In this document: positions 1 through 10,089 of the stretch, one piece after another
Numbering within the stretch: position 1 is the first letter of the stretch
Layout of the letters: every line of letters starts with the position of its first letter
NCBI GenBank assembly: GCA_012514745.1
Contig: JAAYZR010000009.1
Coordinates: 10,045 to 74,044 of the forward strand
Length of the DNA stretch: 64,000 bases
From: Candidatus Undivivens industriae
Lineage (GTDB): Bacteria; Omnitrophota; Gorgyraeia; Gygaellales; Profunditerraquicolaceae
Reading direction: 5' to 3'
Program-made: the position numbers and the translations under genes
Notes under the pieces: generated by a model
What the model was told of the DNA's origin: nothing
The model's database searches: none
Seen by the model: only the letters and a program-made list of their open reading frames with translations

Positions 1-2
1 GC

Positions 3-935
3 TCCACATCCTGTCCACACGTCATTTTGAGAAAGAAGATGATGGAAGAAGTCCTGAAGGACAGGCGTGTCCCGTTGCTGCTACTGGACCTGGCGGTGCC
101 CAGGGATATCGACCCGCAAGTCAAGGGGATACCCGGGGCGCTGCTTTACGATCTGGACGATCTGAAGCCGTTGGTTGAGGAGAGCTATAGGAATAGGATT
201 AAAGAAGCGGAGAGAGCGGAGGATGTTATCGAAGAAGCGATGGGAACGTTATATAAATGCGGAGCGTTGTTGAGGATAGGTACCAGGAACAGTCCGCTTG
301 CCTTGAAACAGGTGCAGGAGATTATCGGTTACCTGCGTGATCGCGGGGTAACGGTTAACGCGGAGATCGTGGGCATAGATACGGCCGGAGACAGGAACAA
401 GAATGTGCCGATATCGGAAATAGAGGGGACTGATTTCTTTACCCGGGAAATAGAAGAAGCGCTTTTGGACAGGACCGTGGATATAGCGGTGCACAGCGCC
501 AAGGATCTCGCCGATTCTCTTCCCGCAGGCCTGCGCGTGGCGGCGGTGACACGCTGTATTGATATTTACGATGCTCTGGTATCAAAGAACAATTTGCCCC
601 TGGAAAAGCTGCCGTGCGGGGCAAAGGTCGCGGCGAGCAGTTCCCGAAGGAAAGAGCAGTTAAAATCCTATAGGGATGATCTCGATATCGTGGATATAAG
701 AGGCAATGTGGAGGAACGTCTGAAGAAATTCGACGAATCCGGTCTTGACGCGATGGTGCTCGCCGCTTGTGGATTAAAACGCCTCGGACTGGAACACCGG
801 ATCGCCCAGCGTATACCGCTGGAAATTTTGAGGCCACATCCTTTGCAGGGCCGTCTCGCGGTTCAGACGCGTAATGACGACATTGAATTGGCCGGAATGC
901 TCTCTGGAATAGATACGCGGAAGGCGGTGTCGTGA
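3..935 (+). CDS. hemC: Glutamyl-tRNA reductase C-terminal part fused to porphobilinogen deaminase (HemA-HemC), 5' truncated by window
   Basis: Frame open from base 3 (STSCPHVIL...DLAVPRDID, HemA motif), then HemC motifs RIGTRNSPLAL, AVHSAKD, SSSRR, IRGNVEERL. Confidence 0.9.
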   Translation, partial: STSCPHVILRKKMMEEVLKDRRVPLLLLDLAVPRDIDPQVKGIPGALLYDLDDLKPLVEESYRNRIKEAERAEDVIEEAMGTLYKCGALLRIGTRNSPLALKQVQEIIGYLRDRGVTVNAEIVGIDTAGDRNKNVPISEIEGTDFFTREIEEALLDRTVDIAVHSAKDLADSLPAGLRVAAVTRCIDIYDALVSKNNLPLEKLPCGAKVAASSSRRKEQLKSYRDDLDIVDIRGNVEERLKKFDESGLDAMVLAACGLKRLGLEHRIAQRIPLEILRPHPLQGRLAVQTRNDDIELAGMLSGIDTRKAVS

Positions 936-2338
936 GCGCGCAAAAGGTTTATCTTGTGGGAGCGGGTCCGGAGGCCTCACTGATCACGGTGCGGGGGCTT
1001 GAGGTGCTGCGACAGGCGGACGTGGTGATCTACGATTATCTGGTTGATGAAAGGCTTATAGAGAATGTTAAGGAAGGCGCCGAACTCATTGCCTGCGGTG
1101 GATTGGGTAAAAGTAAGTGTTTGGGCGCTGCCCCTGATCCGCAAAAGAAGATTAACGCCCTGATGGTCAAGAAGGCCGGGGAAGGCAGGCGGGTCGTCAG
1201 GCTGAAAAGCGGGGACCCGGCCATTTTTAGCAGGCTTTCCGAGGAGCTGGATGTTTTATCGGAGCTCGGGATAGAGTTCGAAGTGATCCCTGGAGTGAGT
1301 GCGGCGAGTGCCGCCGCCTGTCTGTCCGGGATATCCCTGACCGGGAGGAAAACGGCTTCGAGCCTGGTTTTCGTAACTGGTCATGAAGACGATAAAAAAG
1401 GGGCCGAGGCCGTGGACTGGGGACAGGTTTCACGATGCGGGACTATCGTTTTGTATATGTCAGCGGGGAATATCGGGGAAATCGCCGGTAAATTGATGAA
1501 AACCGGTAAACCCGGGAATACCCCGGTTGTCGCTGTCGAGCGGATCGGAAGCGCTGATGGTAGAATGGTTCGTTCAACTCTGGAAAACATTGCCTCCGCT
1601 TCCTCAGAAGGGGGAATAGGGTCTCCAGCGGTATTCATCATGGGAAGGAGCGCCGCTACCGGAAAAAGCTCGGCTGCCACCGTGGGCAGGGCTTTGTTTA
1701 CCGGATTGTCGGAGGAAAGATTTTTCGCTGGCAGACGGTGTTTCCATCTGCCTATGATAAGGATCGCCCCTTTAACGGACTATGGGGAATTGGACGCGCA
1801 TTTGAAAAATATAGGGAATTTTGACCGGATAATATTTACCAGCCGCTACGGCGCCCGCTATTTTTTCATGCGGCTGAATGCCTTGGGTTTAGATTCACGG
1901 GCGCTTCGGGGGATCGGTATAACGGCAATAGGAAGTTCCACCCGGAAATGCCTGCAAGGTTTCGGCATCCTCGCCGATATGGTGCCGGAGAGGGAATCCT
2001 CCGAGGGGCTGCTTGATGAATTCGCGAAGATGAACATGCGCGGGGAGAAAATATTCCTGCCGCGTTCCGACCTTTCCGACAAAGGTATGACCGAAAGGCT
2101 CGAGAGGATGGGCGCTGAAGTCACCGCCTGCGTAGCCTACAGGAACATGGCGCCTTCCTTTCTGCCCGATATCGATTTCAGCGTTTTTGACGAGATAATA
2201 TTCACTAGTCCTTCGGGCGTGCGCAACTTCGTGAAGAGGTACGGTAATGAACTGCCGGTGAGGGTCAGAATAACCTGTATCGGCGGGGTGACTTTAAGAG
2301 AGGCGGGAAAATGCGGTTTAGCAGAACTCGAAGATTGA
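932..2338 (+). CDS. cobA: Uroporphyrinogen-III C-methyltransferase / uroporphyrinogen-III synthase fusion (CobA-HemD)
   Basis: VYLVGAGP, RLKSGDP, IPGVSA, VTGHE in N-half; IFTS...TAIG...FTSPS HemD motifs in C-half. Confidence 0.9.
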   Translation: MSAQKVYLVGAGPEASLITVRGLEVLRQADVVIYDYLVDERLIENVKEGAELIACGGLGKSKCLGAAPDPQKKINALMVKKAGEGRRVVRLKSGDPAIFSRLSEELDVLSELGIEFEVIPGVSAASAAACLSGISLTGRKTASSLVFVTGHEDDKKGAEAVDWGQVSRCGTIVLYMSAGNIGEIAGKLMKTGKPGNTPVVAVERIGSADGRMVRSTLENIASASSEGGIGSPAVFIMGRSAATGKSSAATVGRALFTGLSEERFFAGRRCFHLPMIRIAPLTDYGELDAHLKNIGNFDRIIFTSRYGARYFFMRLNALGLDSRALRGIGITAIGSSTRKCLQGFGILADMVPERESSEGLLDEFAKMNMRGEKIFLPRSDLSDKGMTERLERMGAEVTACVAYRNMAPSFLPDIDFSVFDEIIFTSPSGVRNFVKRYGNELPVRVRITCIGGVTLREAGKCGLAELED

Positions 2339-3297
2339 GGGGAAGCGGTTCTCTCAGGGACCTTGTCGGCCAGACCTGTCTTCTCCCCGGAGAATTGATA
2401 ATGCCCTGTTTCGTCCTGGAGGGTGCCGGCAGGAAAGAACGGATCGAGCGTATGTCGGGGGTTTTCCGTTTATCGGTGGACAATCTGCTGGGAGAATTGG
2501 ATGAAGCACTGGCCGCGGGGATAAAGACCGTGCTTCTTTTCGGTGTTCCCGGCCGCAAGGACGCGAAAGCCTCGGTGGCTTATTCGGAAAGCGGGATCGT
2601 CCAGAAAACCGTGCGCGCGATCAAAAAGCGCATCAGCGGCATGACGGTGATCACCGACGTCTGTCTCTGCGCCTATACCGCGCACGGGCATTGCGGTATC
2701 GTCAGGAAACGCAGCGGCGGATTCACCATAGACAATGATGAGAGTATAGCGGTTTTGTCCAGGATCGCCTTGTCCCATGCCGCCGCGGGGGCGGATTTCG
2801 TGGCACCGTCGGCGATGATGGACGGGCAGGTGGGGGCGATAAGGGAAGGATTGGACGCGAACGGTTTCAAGGAGGCGGGGATACTGGCTTATTCTGCGAA
2901 ATACTGCTCGAATTTCTACGGTCCCTTCCGGGAAGCGCTTGATTCCGCTCCGGAATTCGGGGACAGGAAGACCTACCAGATGGACTTTCGTAATTCCGAC
3001 GAGGCGCTCAGAGAGATAAAGAACGATATAGATGAGGGGGCGGATATAGTGATGGTGAAGCCGGCCTTGGCTTACCTGGACATTATAAGCCGGGCAAAAC
3101 GTTCGTTCAATGTCCCTCTCGCCGCTTACAGCGTCAGCGGAGAATATGCGATGCTAAAGGAATACGCGCGGGACAAAGAGGAGGAAAAACGCCTGTTTTT
3201 CGAGACCCTGACCGGGATAAAAAGGGCGGGGGCGGATATGATTATTACCTATTACGCCAAAGAGGCGGCAAAATTGCTTAAGGAAAGAAAGTTTTGA
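2311..3297 (+). CDS. hemB: Porphobilinogen synthase
   Basis: DVCLCAYTAHGHCG zinc motif, PSAMMDG, YGPFREA, MVKPA. Confidence 0.95.
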   Translation: MRFSRTRRLRGSGSLRDLVGQTCLLPGELIMPCFVLEGAGRKERIERMSGVFRLSVDNLLGELDEALAAGIKTVLLFGVPGRKDAKASVAYSESGIVQKTVRAIKKRISGMTVITDVCLCAYTAHGHCGIVRKRSGGFTIDNDESIAVLSRIALSHAAAGADFVAPSAMMDGQVGAIREGLDANGFKEAGILAYSAKYCSNFYGPFREALDSAPEFGDRKTYQMDFRNSDEALREIKNDIDEGADIVMVKPALAYLDIISRAKRSFNVPLAAYSVSGEYAMLKEYARDKEEEKRLFFETLTGIKRAGADMIITYYAKEAAKLLKERKF

Positions 3298-4589
3298 AGA
3301 TAGAGAATTCAAGACGTCTGTTCGAGGAAGCGCGAAAATACATCCCCGGCGGCGTGGACAGCCCGGTGCGGTCTTATAAAGCCGTGGGCGGCACCCCGCT
3401 GTTCATCGACAGCGCCCGGGGAGCGTTGATCCGCGACGCCGACGGCAACGAATATCTGGATTACGTGATGTCCTGGGGGGCGCTGATTCTTGGGCACGCC
3501 CATCCGCTGGTGGTGGAAGCGGTATGTAAGGCGGCCGGAAAGGGGACGAGTTTCGGCGCGCCGACGTATAAGGAAACGGAACTGGCCCGGATGATCTGCG
3601 GGGCTTTCCCTTCGATCGGCATGGTGAGGTTCGTCAGTTCCGGGACAGAGGCGGCAATGAGCGCGCTAAGGCTGGCGCGGGCTTATACCGGACGTGATAA
3701 AATCATAAAATTTGCCGGCTGTTACCACGGCCACGCCGACAGCCTGTTGGCGGAAGCCGGTTCAGGCGCAGCCGCGCTGGGGATCCCTGGCAGTGCGGGA
3801 GTGACGAAAGGCGCTGCGGCGGATACGCTCGTTCTGCCGTATAACGACATTGGAGTTTTCCGCAAGACTATGGAGCAATACGGAGAGCGGATTGCCTGCG
3901 TTATCGTAGAGCCGGCGGCAGGCAATATGGGGACCGTTCCAGGGGACCCGGCATTTCTTGTTTCTCTGCGTTCTCTCACGCGGGAGTTCGGGGCGCTTCT
4001 TATCTTCGACGAGGTGATCTCCGGATTCCGTCTGGCCTATGGGGGCGCGCAAACAATATATAACATAACGCCAGATTTGACATGCCTCGGCAAGATAATC
4101 GGGGGGGGATTGCCGGCCGGGGCTTTCGGCGGGAGAAAAGAGATAATGGAATACCTTGCTCCGCTCGGCCCGGTGTATCAGGCCGGGACCTTGTCCGGCA
4201 ACCCTGTCGCCATGTCGGCTGGCGTCGAAACCCTCAAGCTTCTCCTGAACGGAAAAGTATACGGACAGCTTGAAGCGAAAGCGCGGGCTTTACAAACGGG
4301 ATTCGAAGAAAATGCAGGGAAGTCTGGCCTCGTCGTATCCTGTGTCCGGTCGGCTTCCATGCTTACGTTGTTTTTTACCGGCAGGAAGGTTGTCAATTAT
4401 GATACGGCGCAGAGTTCTGACCAGGTGGCTTACACCGATTATTTCCGGGCTATGCTTGAGAGCGGCGTCTATCTGCCTCCGGCGCAGTTCGAGGCGTTGT
4501 TCGTTTCAGCAAGCCATACGGACGATGACATTGAACGGACGATCACGGTTTTTAAGAAATATTGCGCGTCATTGAAGCCTCTCCTTTGA
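3294..4589 (+). CDS. hemL: Glutamate-1-semialdehyde 2,1-aminomutase
   Basis: PGGVDSPVR, GCYHGH, FDEVISGFR, GKIIGGGLP, QAGTLSGNP. Confidence 0.95.
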   Translation: MKIENSRRLFEEARKYIPGGVDSPVRSYKAVGGTPLFIDSARGALIRDADGNEYLDYVMSWGALILGHAHPLVVEAVCKAAGKGTSFGAPTYKETELARMICGAFPSIGMVRFVSSGTEAAMSALRLARAYTGRDKIIKFAGCYHGHADSLLAEAGSGAAALGIPGSAGVTKGAAADTLVLPYNDIGVFRKTMEQYGERIACVIVEPAAGNMGTVPGDPAFLVSLRSLTREFGALLIFDEVISGFRLAYGGAQTIYNITPDLTCLGKIIGGGLPAGAFGGRKEIMEYLAPLGPVYQAGTLSGNPVAMSAGVETLKLLLNGKVYGQLEAKARALQTGFEENAGKSGLVVSCVRSASMLTLFFTGRKVVNYDTAQSSDQVAYTDYFRAMLESGVYLPPAQFEALFVSASHTDDDIERTITVFKKYCASLKPLL

Positions 4590-4783
4590 GATGAGGCGGA
4601 ATATTCTTTCTGCCGGTCGCAGCGCGGCGCCCGGGTTTGACGTCAACGATATACTATCAGTACATTAAATGGCATATATAGGTTTTACCCTGTCTTTCCG
4701 GGAAAAACTCAGGCGGTGCGGGAGTTCATCCCCTCTCCGGATAAAACGGGCAGGAGACATTTCTACCGGAAGGATAACCGGAA

Positions 4784-6097
4784 ATGAACGTCAAGGAACA
4801 GGCCGTGCCGGGTAACGACGATATTCCTTCCTGCGTCCTTGCGCAGGGGCTTGGCCGCTGCATTGACTGCGGGAAATACGTCCCGGCGCGCTTGGTCTTT
4901 GAGGACGGGTTCACCTATATTCTCAAGGAGTGCCCTTTCGACAAGACGAAATCGAAAGAGCTCTGGTTCAAGGGCAAATGGAAAGGCAATCCCTGGAAAA
5001 GGATTCCCGCTTACTGGCCTCATAAAGAGGCGCACAGTGATCGGAGTCTGCATTGGGAACAGTCCGACCACAAACTCCTTATACTTTCCATAAAACTCGG
5101 CACTGAATGCTCCGCCCGCTGCCGCATCTGCACGCTTGCCTCCCGGAGGATCAACAAAGGGCAGTCCGTCCGGTTCGACCCGGCCACGGCCGAGAAGATG
5201 ATCGCCTCCCATAAAGGGAAGATTATTTCGTTCTGCATGGTGGAACCCACGGAAAGCGAATATTTACCCGGCCTTATCAGGTTCGCTTCACGGAGGAAAT
5301 TCGTGACCGTCATCTCCAGCAACGGCCTGAAACTCGCCGACTGTGCTTATCTGAAAATCCTGAAAGACGCCGGGTTGAATTATCTTTTTCTTTCTTTCGA
5401 TGGCTTCGACGAAGAGCTCTGCGAGGTCCTGAGGGGAGGAAGGCACCAGTATCACCTGAAACTCAAGGCGCTTGAGAATCTTAAGGCGGAAAAGATGAAA
5501 GTTGGCATCAAAGCGGTTATGGTCAAGGGGCTGAACGAGAAGCAGGTCGGGCCGCTGCTGGATTACGCGCTAAAGAACAATTTTATCAGCGAGATGTCCT
5601 TCCAGTCCTTGAGCCTCGGCGGAGCGGAAGAGGGCGGCGGTTTCGACAAGAACAGCCTGATGTCCGTGGACGAAATGAAGGAACTTGTAAACGGGGCGCT
5701 CGGCATATCCGGAGAATATTTTGAATACTGGGACGAGTTGAAGATCAACCTCGCGGCGATCCTGGCAAGATTCCCTTTTATCAGGGTTCCCCCGTTCGAG
5801 CTAGATACCATTTATTTCCTGAGAAAAAAAGGGGGGGCGTTTCCATTGCTCGATATAGCACTCCTGAAACGGATAGTCGCGTTGCTGCGCGACGGCAGGG
5901 CGGTTGGGCTGACTGCGGCCTGTTTTCATTTTCTCAACTCGCTGTCCGGTTTTATCCTGAAAGAGATGATCATCGGAAGGCGCTCCCTGGAGACCAACGA
6001 CAGCGTCTTGCGCGTCAAAATAAGGTCTTTCGCCGGGACCCGTTTCTTCAGCTATCCCGGGATGACGGTGCGCAGGAAAGCGATGTTCAGGCCATGA
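4784..6097 (+). CDS. Radical SAM protein with N-terminal rubredoxin-like CxxC...CP domain (MJ0619/Tes-like architecture, divergent)
   Basis: CIDC..PARLVFEDG..KECP N-domain; CSARCRIC cluster motif; SNGLKL, LSFDG. Confidence 0.75.
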   Translation: MNVKEQAVPGNDDIPSCVLAQGLGRCIDCGKYVPARLVFEDGFTYILKECPFDKTKSKELWFKGKWKGNPWKRIPAYWPHKEAHSDRSLHWEQSDHKLLILSIKLGTECSARCRICTLASRRINKGQSVRFDPATAEKMIASHKGKIISFCMVEPTESEYLPGLIRFASRRKFVTVISSNGLKLADCAYLKILKDAGLNYLFLSFDGFDEELCEVLRGGRHQYHLKLKALENLKAEKMKVGIKAVMVKGLNEKQVGPLLDYALKNNFISEMSFQSLSLGGAEEGGGFDKNSLMSVDEMKELVNGALGISGEYFEYWDELKINLAAILARFPFIRVPPFELDTIYFLRKKGGAFPLLDIALLKRIVALLRDGRAVGLTAACFHFLNSLSGFILKEMIIGRRSLETNDSVLRVKIRSFAGTRFFSYPGMTVRRKAMFRP

Positions 6098-6116
6098 TGA
6101 TGAGGGATGGGACGGC

Positions 6117-7484
6117 ATGATAAAGATCAGAGGGCTTACTTATACCTATCCGGCAGCGGAGGCTCCGTCTTTACGGGGGATAGACCTGGATATAGGCGGC
6201 GGAGAGGTTGTTTTGCTGGAAGGTGATTCCGGATCTGGCAAATCCACGCTCTTGTATTGTTTGAACGGTATTATCCCCCGGTTTTACGGCGGGCGTTTTG
6301 AAGGGGAAGTGGTCGTGAACGGTTTTGATCCTTCAGCTCTTCCCGTGCCGCGGATGGCGCGGGAAGCCGGGATGGTCTTTCAGAATCCCGAATCGCAGAT
6401 ATTCATGCCCACTGTCCTGGAGGACGTGGCCTTCGGCTGCAGAAACTTCGGGATGCCGGAACCGGAAGCGCGGATTCGTTCGCTCGCCGCGCTCGAATAC
6501 ATCAGCCTTGCGCGGCTGACCGGAGCTGCCGTTGATGAATTATCAGGCGGACAGAAACAGCGCCTGGCCATAGCCGGCGTATACGCCCCCGGGCCGAAGG
6601 TTTTTCTTTTCGATGAAGCCGCAGGCGACCTCGACGGGAAAGGGAAGGCCGGGTTCGCCGGGATAATAGGAAAATTGAAGTCGCAGGGAGCAGCGATAAT
6701 CATTGCCGAGCATGAGCCGGAATATCTCGGGGAAGTTATTGACCGGAAAATATATCTTGAAGACGGGCGCATCCTGCCGGGGAAACCCGCGGAAGCGCCT
6801 TTCACTTCCCGGAAAAAGTCTCTTCATGTTTGCGGAGGGCCGCTTCTGGAGATAAAAAGAATGGGTTTTCGTTATAACCGCGGCGGGCAAGTCTTGCGGG
6901 AGATTGGTTTGGAATTCCGGACAGGGGAATTCACGGCTGTCACCGGCGATAACGGCAGTGGCAAGACCACGCTTTTCAAGTTGATCTCCGGGGTACTCAA
7001 ACCTTCAGAAGGCCGGGTCGCATTCGACGGCCTGCCACGCTACGGGCTGGATGATGTTTGCGGCAGAATAGGGCTCCTTTTTCAGAATCCGGACGAACAA
7101 CTGTTCGCGGCCACGGTGGAGGACGAAATAGCTTTCGGCCCGCGCCGTCTCGGCAGGGAATTCGACGCCGGCGAATACCTTAAGAAATCCGGGATGGTAA
7201 AATACGCCAAGTCATCCCCCTTTCATCTTTCCAGGGGAAAACGGCAGATGGTTGCTTTTCATTCCATATTATCCATGCGTCCCGATCTTCTTATCCTGGA
7301 TGAGCCGACCACCGGTCTCGACCGGTCCGGCTGGTTCGGGCTTATGGAGCTGGCGGCGCGCTTGAACGAGGAAGGCATGACGGTAATCTTTTCGTCTCAT
7401 AATAAGCATGTTGTCGAAATGTACGCCCGCAGGGTGATACGTCTTGAGGAGGGGGAGGTTTCAGAGGATGAGATACGAGTATAA
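6117..7484 (+). CDS. ECF transporter ATPase with duplicated ABC domains
   Basis: Two Walker A (GDSGSGKS, GDNGSGKT), two FQNP motifs, LSGGQ/LSRGK signatures. Confidence 0.9.
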   Translation: MIKIRGLTYTYPAAEAPSLRGIDLDIGGGEVVLLEGDSGSGKSTLLYCLNGIIPRFYGGRFEGEVVVNGFDPSALPVPRMAREAGMVFQNPESQIFMPTVLEDVAFGCRNFGMPEPEARIRSLAALEYISLARLTGAAVDELSGGQKQRLAIAGVYAPGPKVFLFDEAAGDLDGKGKAGFAGIIGKLKSQGAAIIIAEHEPEYLGEVIDRKIYLEDGRILPGKPAEAPFTSRKKSLHVCGGPLLEIKRMGFRYNRGGQVLREIGLEFRTGEFTAVTGDNGSGKTTLFKLISGVLKPSEGRVAFDGLPRYGLDDVCGRIGLLFQNPDEQLFAATVEDEIAFGPRRLGREFDAGEYLKKSGMVKYAKSSPFHLSRGKRQMVAFHSILSMRPDLLILDEPTTGLDRSGWFGLMELAARLNEEGMTVIFSSHNKHVVEMYARRVIRLEEGEVSEDEIRV

Positions 7485-8721
7485 CGATACGCTGATACAC
7501 CGCCTGTCTCCGTCGGTGAAGATGATCTACAGCGTGTTGGTTTCATTATCCGCCGCCGTTTCGAATTCCCCCCGCGGGCTGTTGTTTCTGACGGCGGCAG
7601 CGCTGTTCGTGCTTGCGCTTGCCCGCCCCGGTCCGCGCAGGATACGTTTCCTGTTTTTTGCCGCCACAGCCGGAACGGCGGCGACCGTCGCCACCCAGGC
7701 GCTGTTTTATTCTCTTGAGCCGAGGACAGCCGTTTTCACGATCATACCAGCGGGGGATAGCCTGCTTGCACGTTTGACCGGAGGGATTAGCGTTTATAAA
7801 GAAGGGGCGTTCTACGGACTAGTGCAGTCTTTGCGTTTTATCGCGGTCATGCTTATGGCCTCTACGCTGGTGATAAGCACACACCCTGCGCACATACTCA
7901 GGGAATTCAACCGTATGAGGCTGCCGCGTGCCTTTGGTTTCGTCATAGCCATGAGCGTGAAGTTCCTTCCATATTCTCTGGAACGGGCGCACAGGATCAT
8001 CCTGGCTTTGCGGATGCGCGGTATAAAACTGAAGGCCCCGGGAGGGGTGTTTAAGATAGCGAGGTTCGTTCTTACGCCGCTGGTTATGAGTTCCCTGCAG
8101 CAGGCCAGGATCACGGCATTGGCGGTCGAGGTTAGAGGGGGTTCGTTTACGGTTCCGGAGCAGGGGGAGAAGCTGCCGCGGCGGTTTTTCAACTTCAGCA
8201 CCCTGGAACTCGTCACAATGGCCTTTTTCATCGTCCTTATGTACGCAGCGTCGCTGCCTTTCAAAATGGGCCTAAACAGGGCGCCGTTTATGCATAACCT
8301 CTTTTTCTCCTTGCCGTTTTCCTGTATGCTCTTCGCGTGTATACGGCTTATCCCAAAGCGCGGGACGGCCATGTTCCTGATCTGCGGGTACAGCCTGCTC
8401 GTGCAAACCTTGTTCACCGGTATAAATCCTATAAGGTTCATATCGCCGCTGGCGGAGGCGGTAAGTCTGGAATTGTTCTTTCTCTTCAGCCGTAGATACG
8501 CCGACTCATACACTTCGGTTGTCATTGCCGGTATCCTGCGCGGCTTCGTGGTTTGCTTGTTTTTCTATCTGGTAGCCGCGCCTTATATATGGCATAGATT
8601 TTACGCGCCCTGGTACGTCTGGTTCCACATCATCCAGAACGTTGCGGGATCGGTCGCCGGCGGTATCCTTGGGTTCCGGCTCGGTTCTTTAATCAAGACT
8701 GCGGATAACCGGGCTGATTGA
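7468..8721 (+). CDS. ECF transporter T component fused to a putative S-component-like membrane domain
   Basis: CbiQ/EcfT-like N-half (ALRMRG, AVEVRG repeats) plus ~170 aa further hydrophobic helices; ATG at 7468 overlaps ATPase end. Confidence 0.75.
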   Translation: MRYEYNDTLIHRLSPSVKMIYSVLVSLSAAVSNSPRGLLFLTAAALFVLALARPGPRRIRFLFFAATAGTAATVATQALFYSLEPRTAVFTIIPAGDSLLARLTGGISVYKEGAFYGLVQSLRFIAVMLMASTLVISTHPAHILREFNRMRLPRAFGFVIAMSVKFLPYSLERAHRIILALRMRGIKLKAPGGVFKIARFVLTPLVMSSLQQARITALAVEVRGGSFTVPEQGEKLPRRFFNFSTLELVTMAFFIVLMYAASLPFKMGLNRAPFMHNLFFSLPFSCMLFACIRLIPKRGTAMFLICGYSLLVQTLFTGINPIRFISPLAEAVSLELFFLFSRRYADSYTSVVIAGILRGFVVCLFFYLVAAPYIWHRFYAPWYVWFHIIQNVAGSVAGGILGFRLGSLIKTADNRAD

Positions 8722-8725
8722 TCGT

Positions 8726-9154
8726 ATGGATAAAAAGAGGGTTTTGTTCATTTGCGCGCATAATTCAGCCAGGTCTCAGATGGCCGAGGCTTTCCTGAAG
8801 AAATACGCGGGAGACCGTTTTGAAGTGGAAAGCGCGGGGCTTCAGCCAGGGGTGTTGAATCCGGCGGCGGTGGAGGTGATGAGAGAAGCAGGGATCGATA
8901 TCTCGCGGAACAAGACCAAAAGCGTTCTGGATCTGCATAAACAAGGCAGGCAGTACGATTATGTCATCACCGTCTGCGATGAATCGCAATCCGGGACATG
9001 CCCGGTTTTCCCCGGCGCGGGGGAGCGTCTTCATTGGGATTTTCCGGATCCCGCGCGCTTCGAGGGAACTTTCGAGGATAGGCTCGGGCAGACAAGGAAG
9101 GTTAGAGATGCAATCGAGTCCGGAATAAAGCAATGGCTGTTGGAACATCCTTGA
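8726..9154 (+). CDS. arsC: Arsenate reductase (LMW-PTP/thioredoxin type)
   Basis: [13 protein letters not shown]-loop, VCD...CPVFP, HWDFPDP. Confidence 0.9.
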   Translation: MDKKRVLFICAHNSARSQMAEAFLKKYAGDRFEVESAGLQPGVLNPAAVEVMREAGIDISRNKTKSVLDLHKQGRQYDYVITVCDESQSGTCPVFPGAGERLHWDFPDPARFEGTFEDRLGQTRKVRDAIESGIKQWLLEHP

Positions 9155-9182
9155 TCCCATAGATACAGATAAGGAGCGGAGA

Positions 9183-9896
9183 ATGCGCGTGAAAGTGCTT
9201 TTTGACAAGACCGCGAGTAACAAAAAACTCCATACAGGCTGGGGAATTTCTTTCCTGGTGAGCGGCAGGATCATTTTCGACACCGGAGAGAAGGGCTCCT
9301 GGCTGGCGGAGAATATGAGAATGTTGAAGGTGGACCCGGGCAAGATCGAAGCGGCGGTGATCTCGCACGACCATTGGGACCATCAGGGAGGTTTGTGGGA
9401 ATTGCTTAGGCGCAGGAAAGGGCTGCCGGTTTACGCCTGCCCGAATTTCAGCCGGGAATTCAAAGAAAAGGTAAAAAAGCTGAGAGGGCATCTCATAGAG
9501 GCGAAAAAGAAGATGATGGTCGCGGAAGATATTTTCGTCACGGGAGAGGTTGCCGGAGAATACGACGGAAAATATATGCCGGAGCAGGCCATGGTCGTGC
9601 GGACGAAGAAGGGAATATCTGTTTTGACCGGCTGCGCGCATCCCGGCATAATCAGGATACTGCGCAGGGCAAAGAAGATTCTTCCGAAAGAAAAGATACA
9701 CGCCGTCCTGGGAGGTTTTCACCTTGTGAACCGGGATAAAGAAGATATAGAGAAAATAGCCGGTCAATTCAGAAAGTTGGGCGTCCAGAAAGCCGGGGCC
9801 GCGCATTGTTCCGGAGCCGCCGCGGAAATGATATTTAAAGCGTTTTTCAAGAATGACTTTATACGGGTCCAGGCCGGCACGGGAATAGAGGTTTAG
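9183..9896 (+). CDS. MBL-fold metallohydrolase
   Basis: FDTG, SHDHWDHQGG, GCAHPG, GGFH, AHCSG. Confidence 0.85.
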   Translation: MRVKVLFDKTASNKKLHTGWGISFLVSGRIIFDTGEKGSWLAENMRMLKVDPGKIEAAVISHDHWDHQGGLWELLRRRKGLPVYACPNFSREFKEKVKKLRGHLIEAKKKMMVAEDIFVTGEVAGEYDGKYMPEQAMVVRTKKGISVLTGCAHPGIIRILRRAKKILPKEKIHAVLGGFHLVNRDKEDIEKIAGQFRKLGVQKAGAAHCSGAAAEMIFKAFFKNDFIRVQAGTGIEV

Positions 9897-9990
9897 CGGC
9901 GTTACCGTGAAATCCCGGCGTTTACCTCGGCTTCCAGGGCGCCGGCCCCTGATGCCGACATGCGAGCCGGTCGCCGGCCGGAATATTTTC

Positions 9991-10019
9991 TTGAGATAGA
10001 ATATTCGCGGGTTTATAAT
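9991..10019 (+). promoter_or_regulatory. Sigma70-type promoter for sulfotransferase cluster
   Basis: TTGAGA-N17-TATAAT. Confidence 0.6.
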
Positions 10020-10089
10020 AAATCTCATTATAAGGCATATACGCGGCTAAGGACAAAAGCGCAATTACTTTCGGGGGAGAAGTGATCGT

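Noticed and set aside
4784-6097. Bona fide tetraether lipid synthase
   Set aside because: Auxiliary Fe-S cluster cysteines missing; only partial architecture shared.
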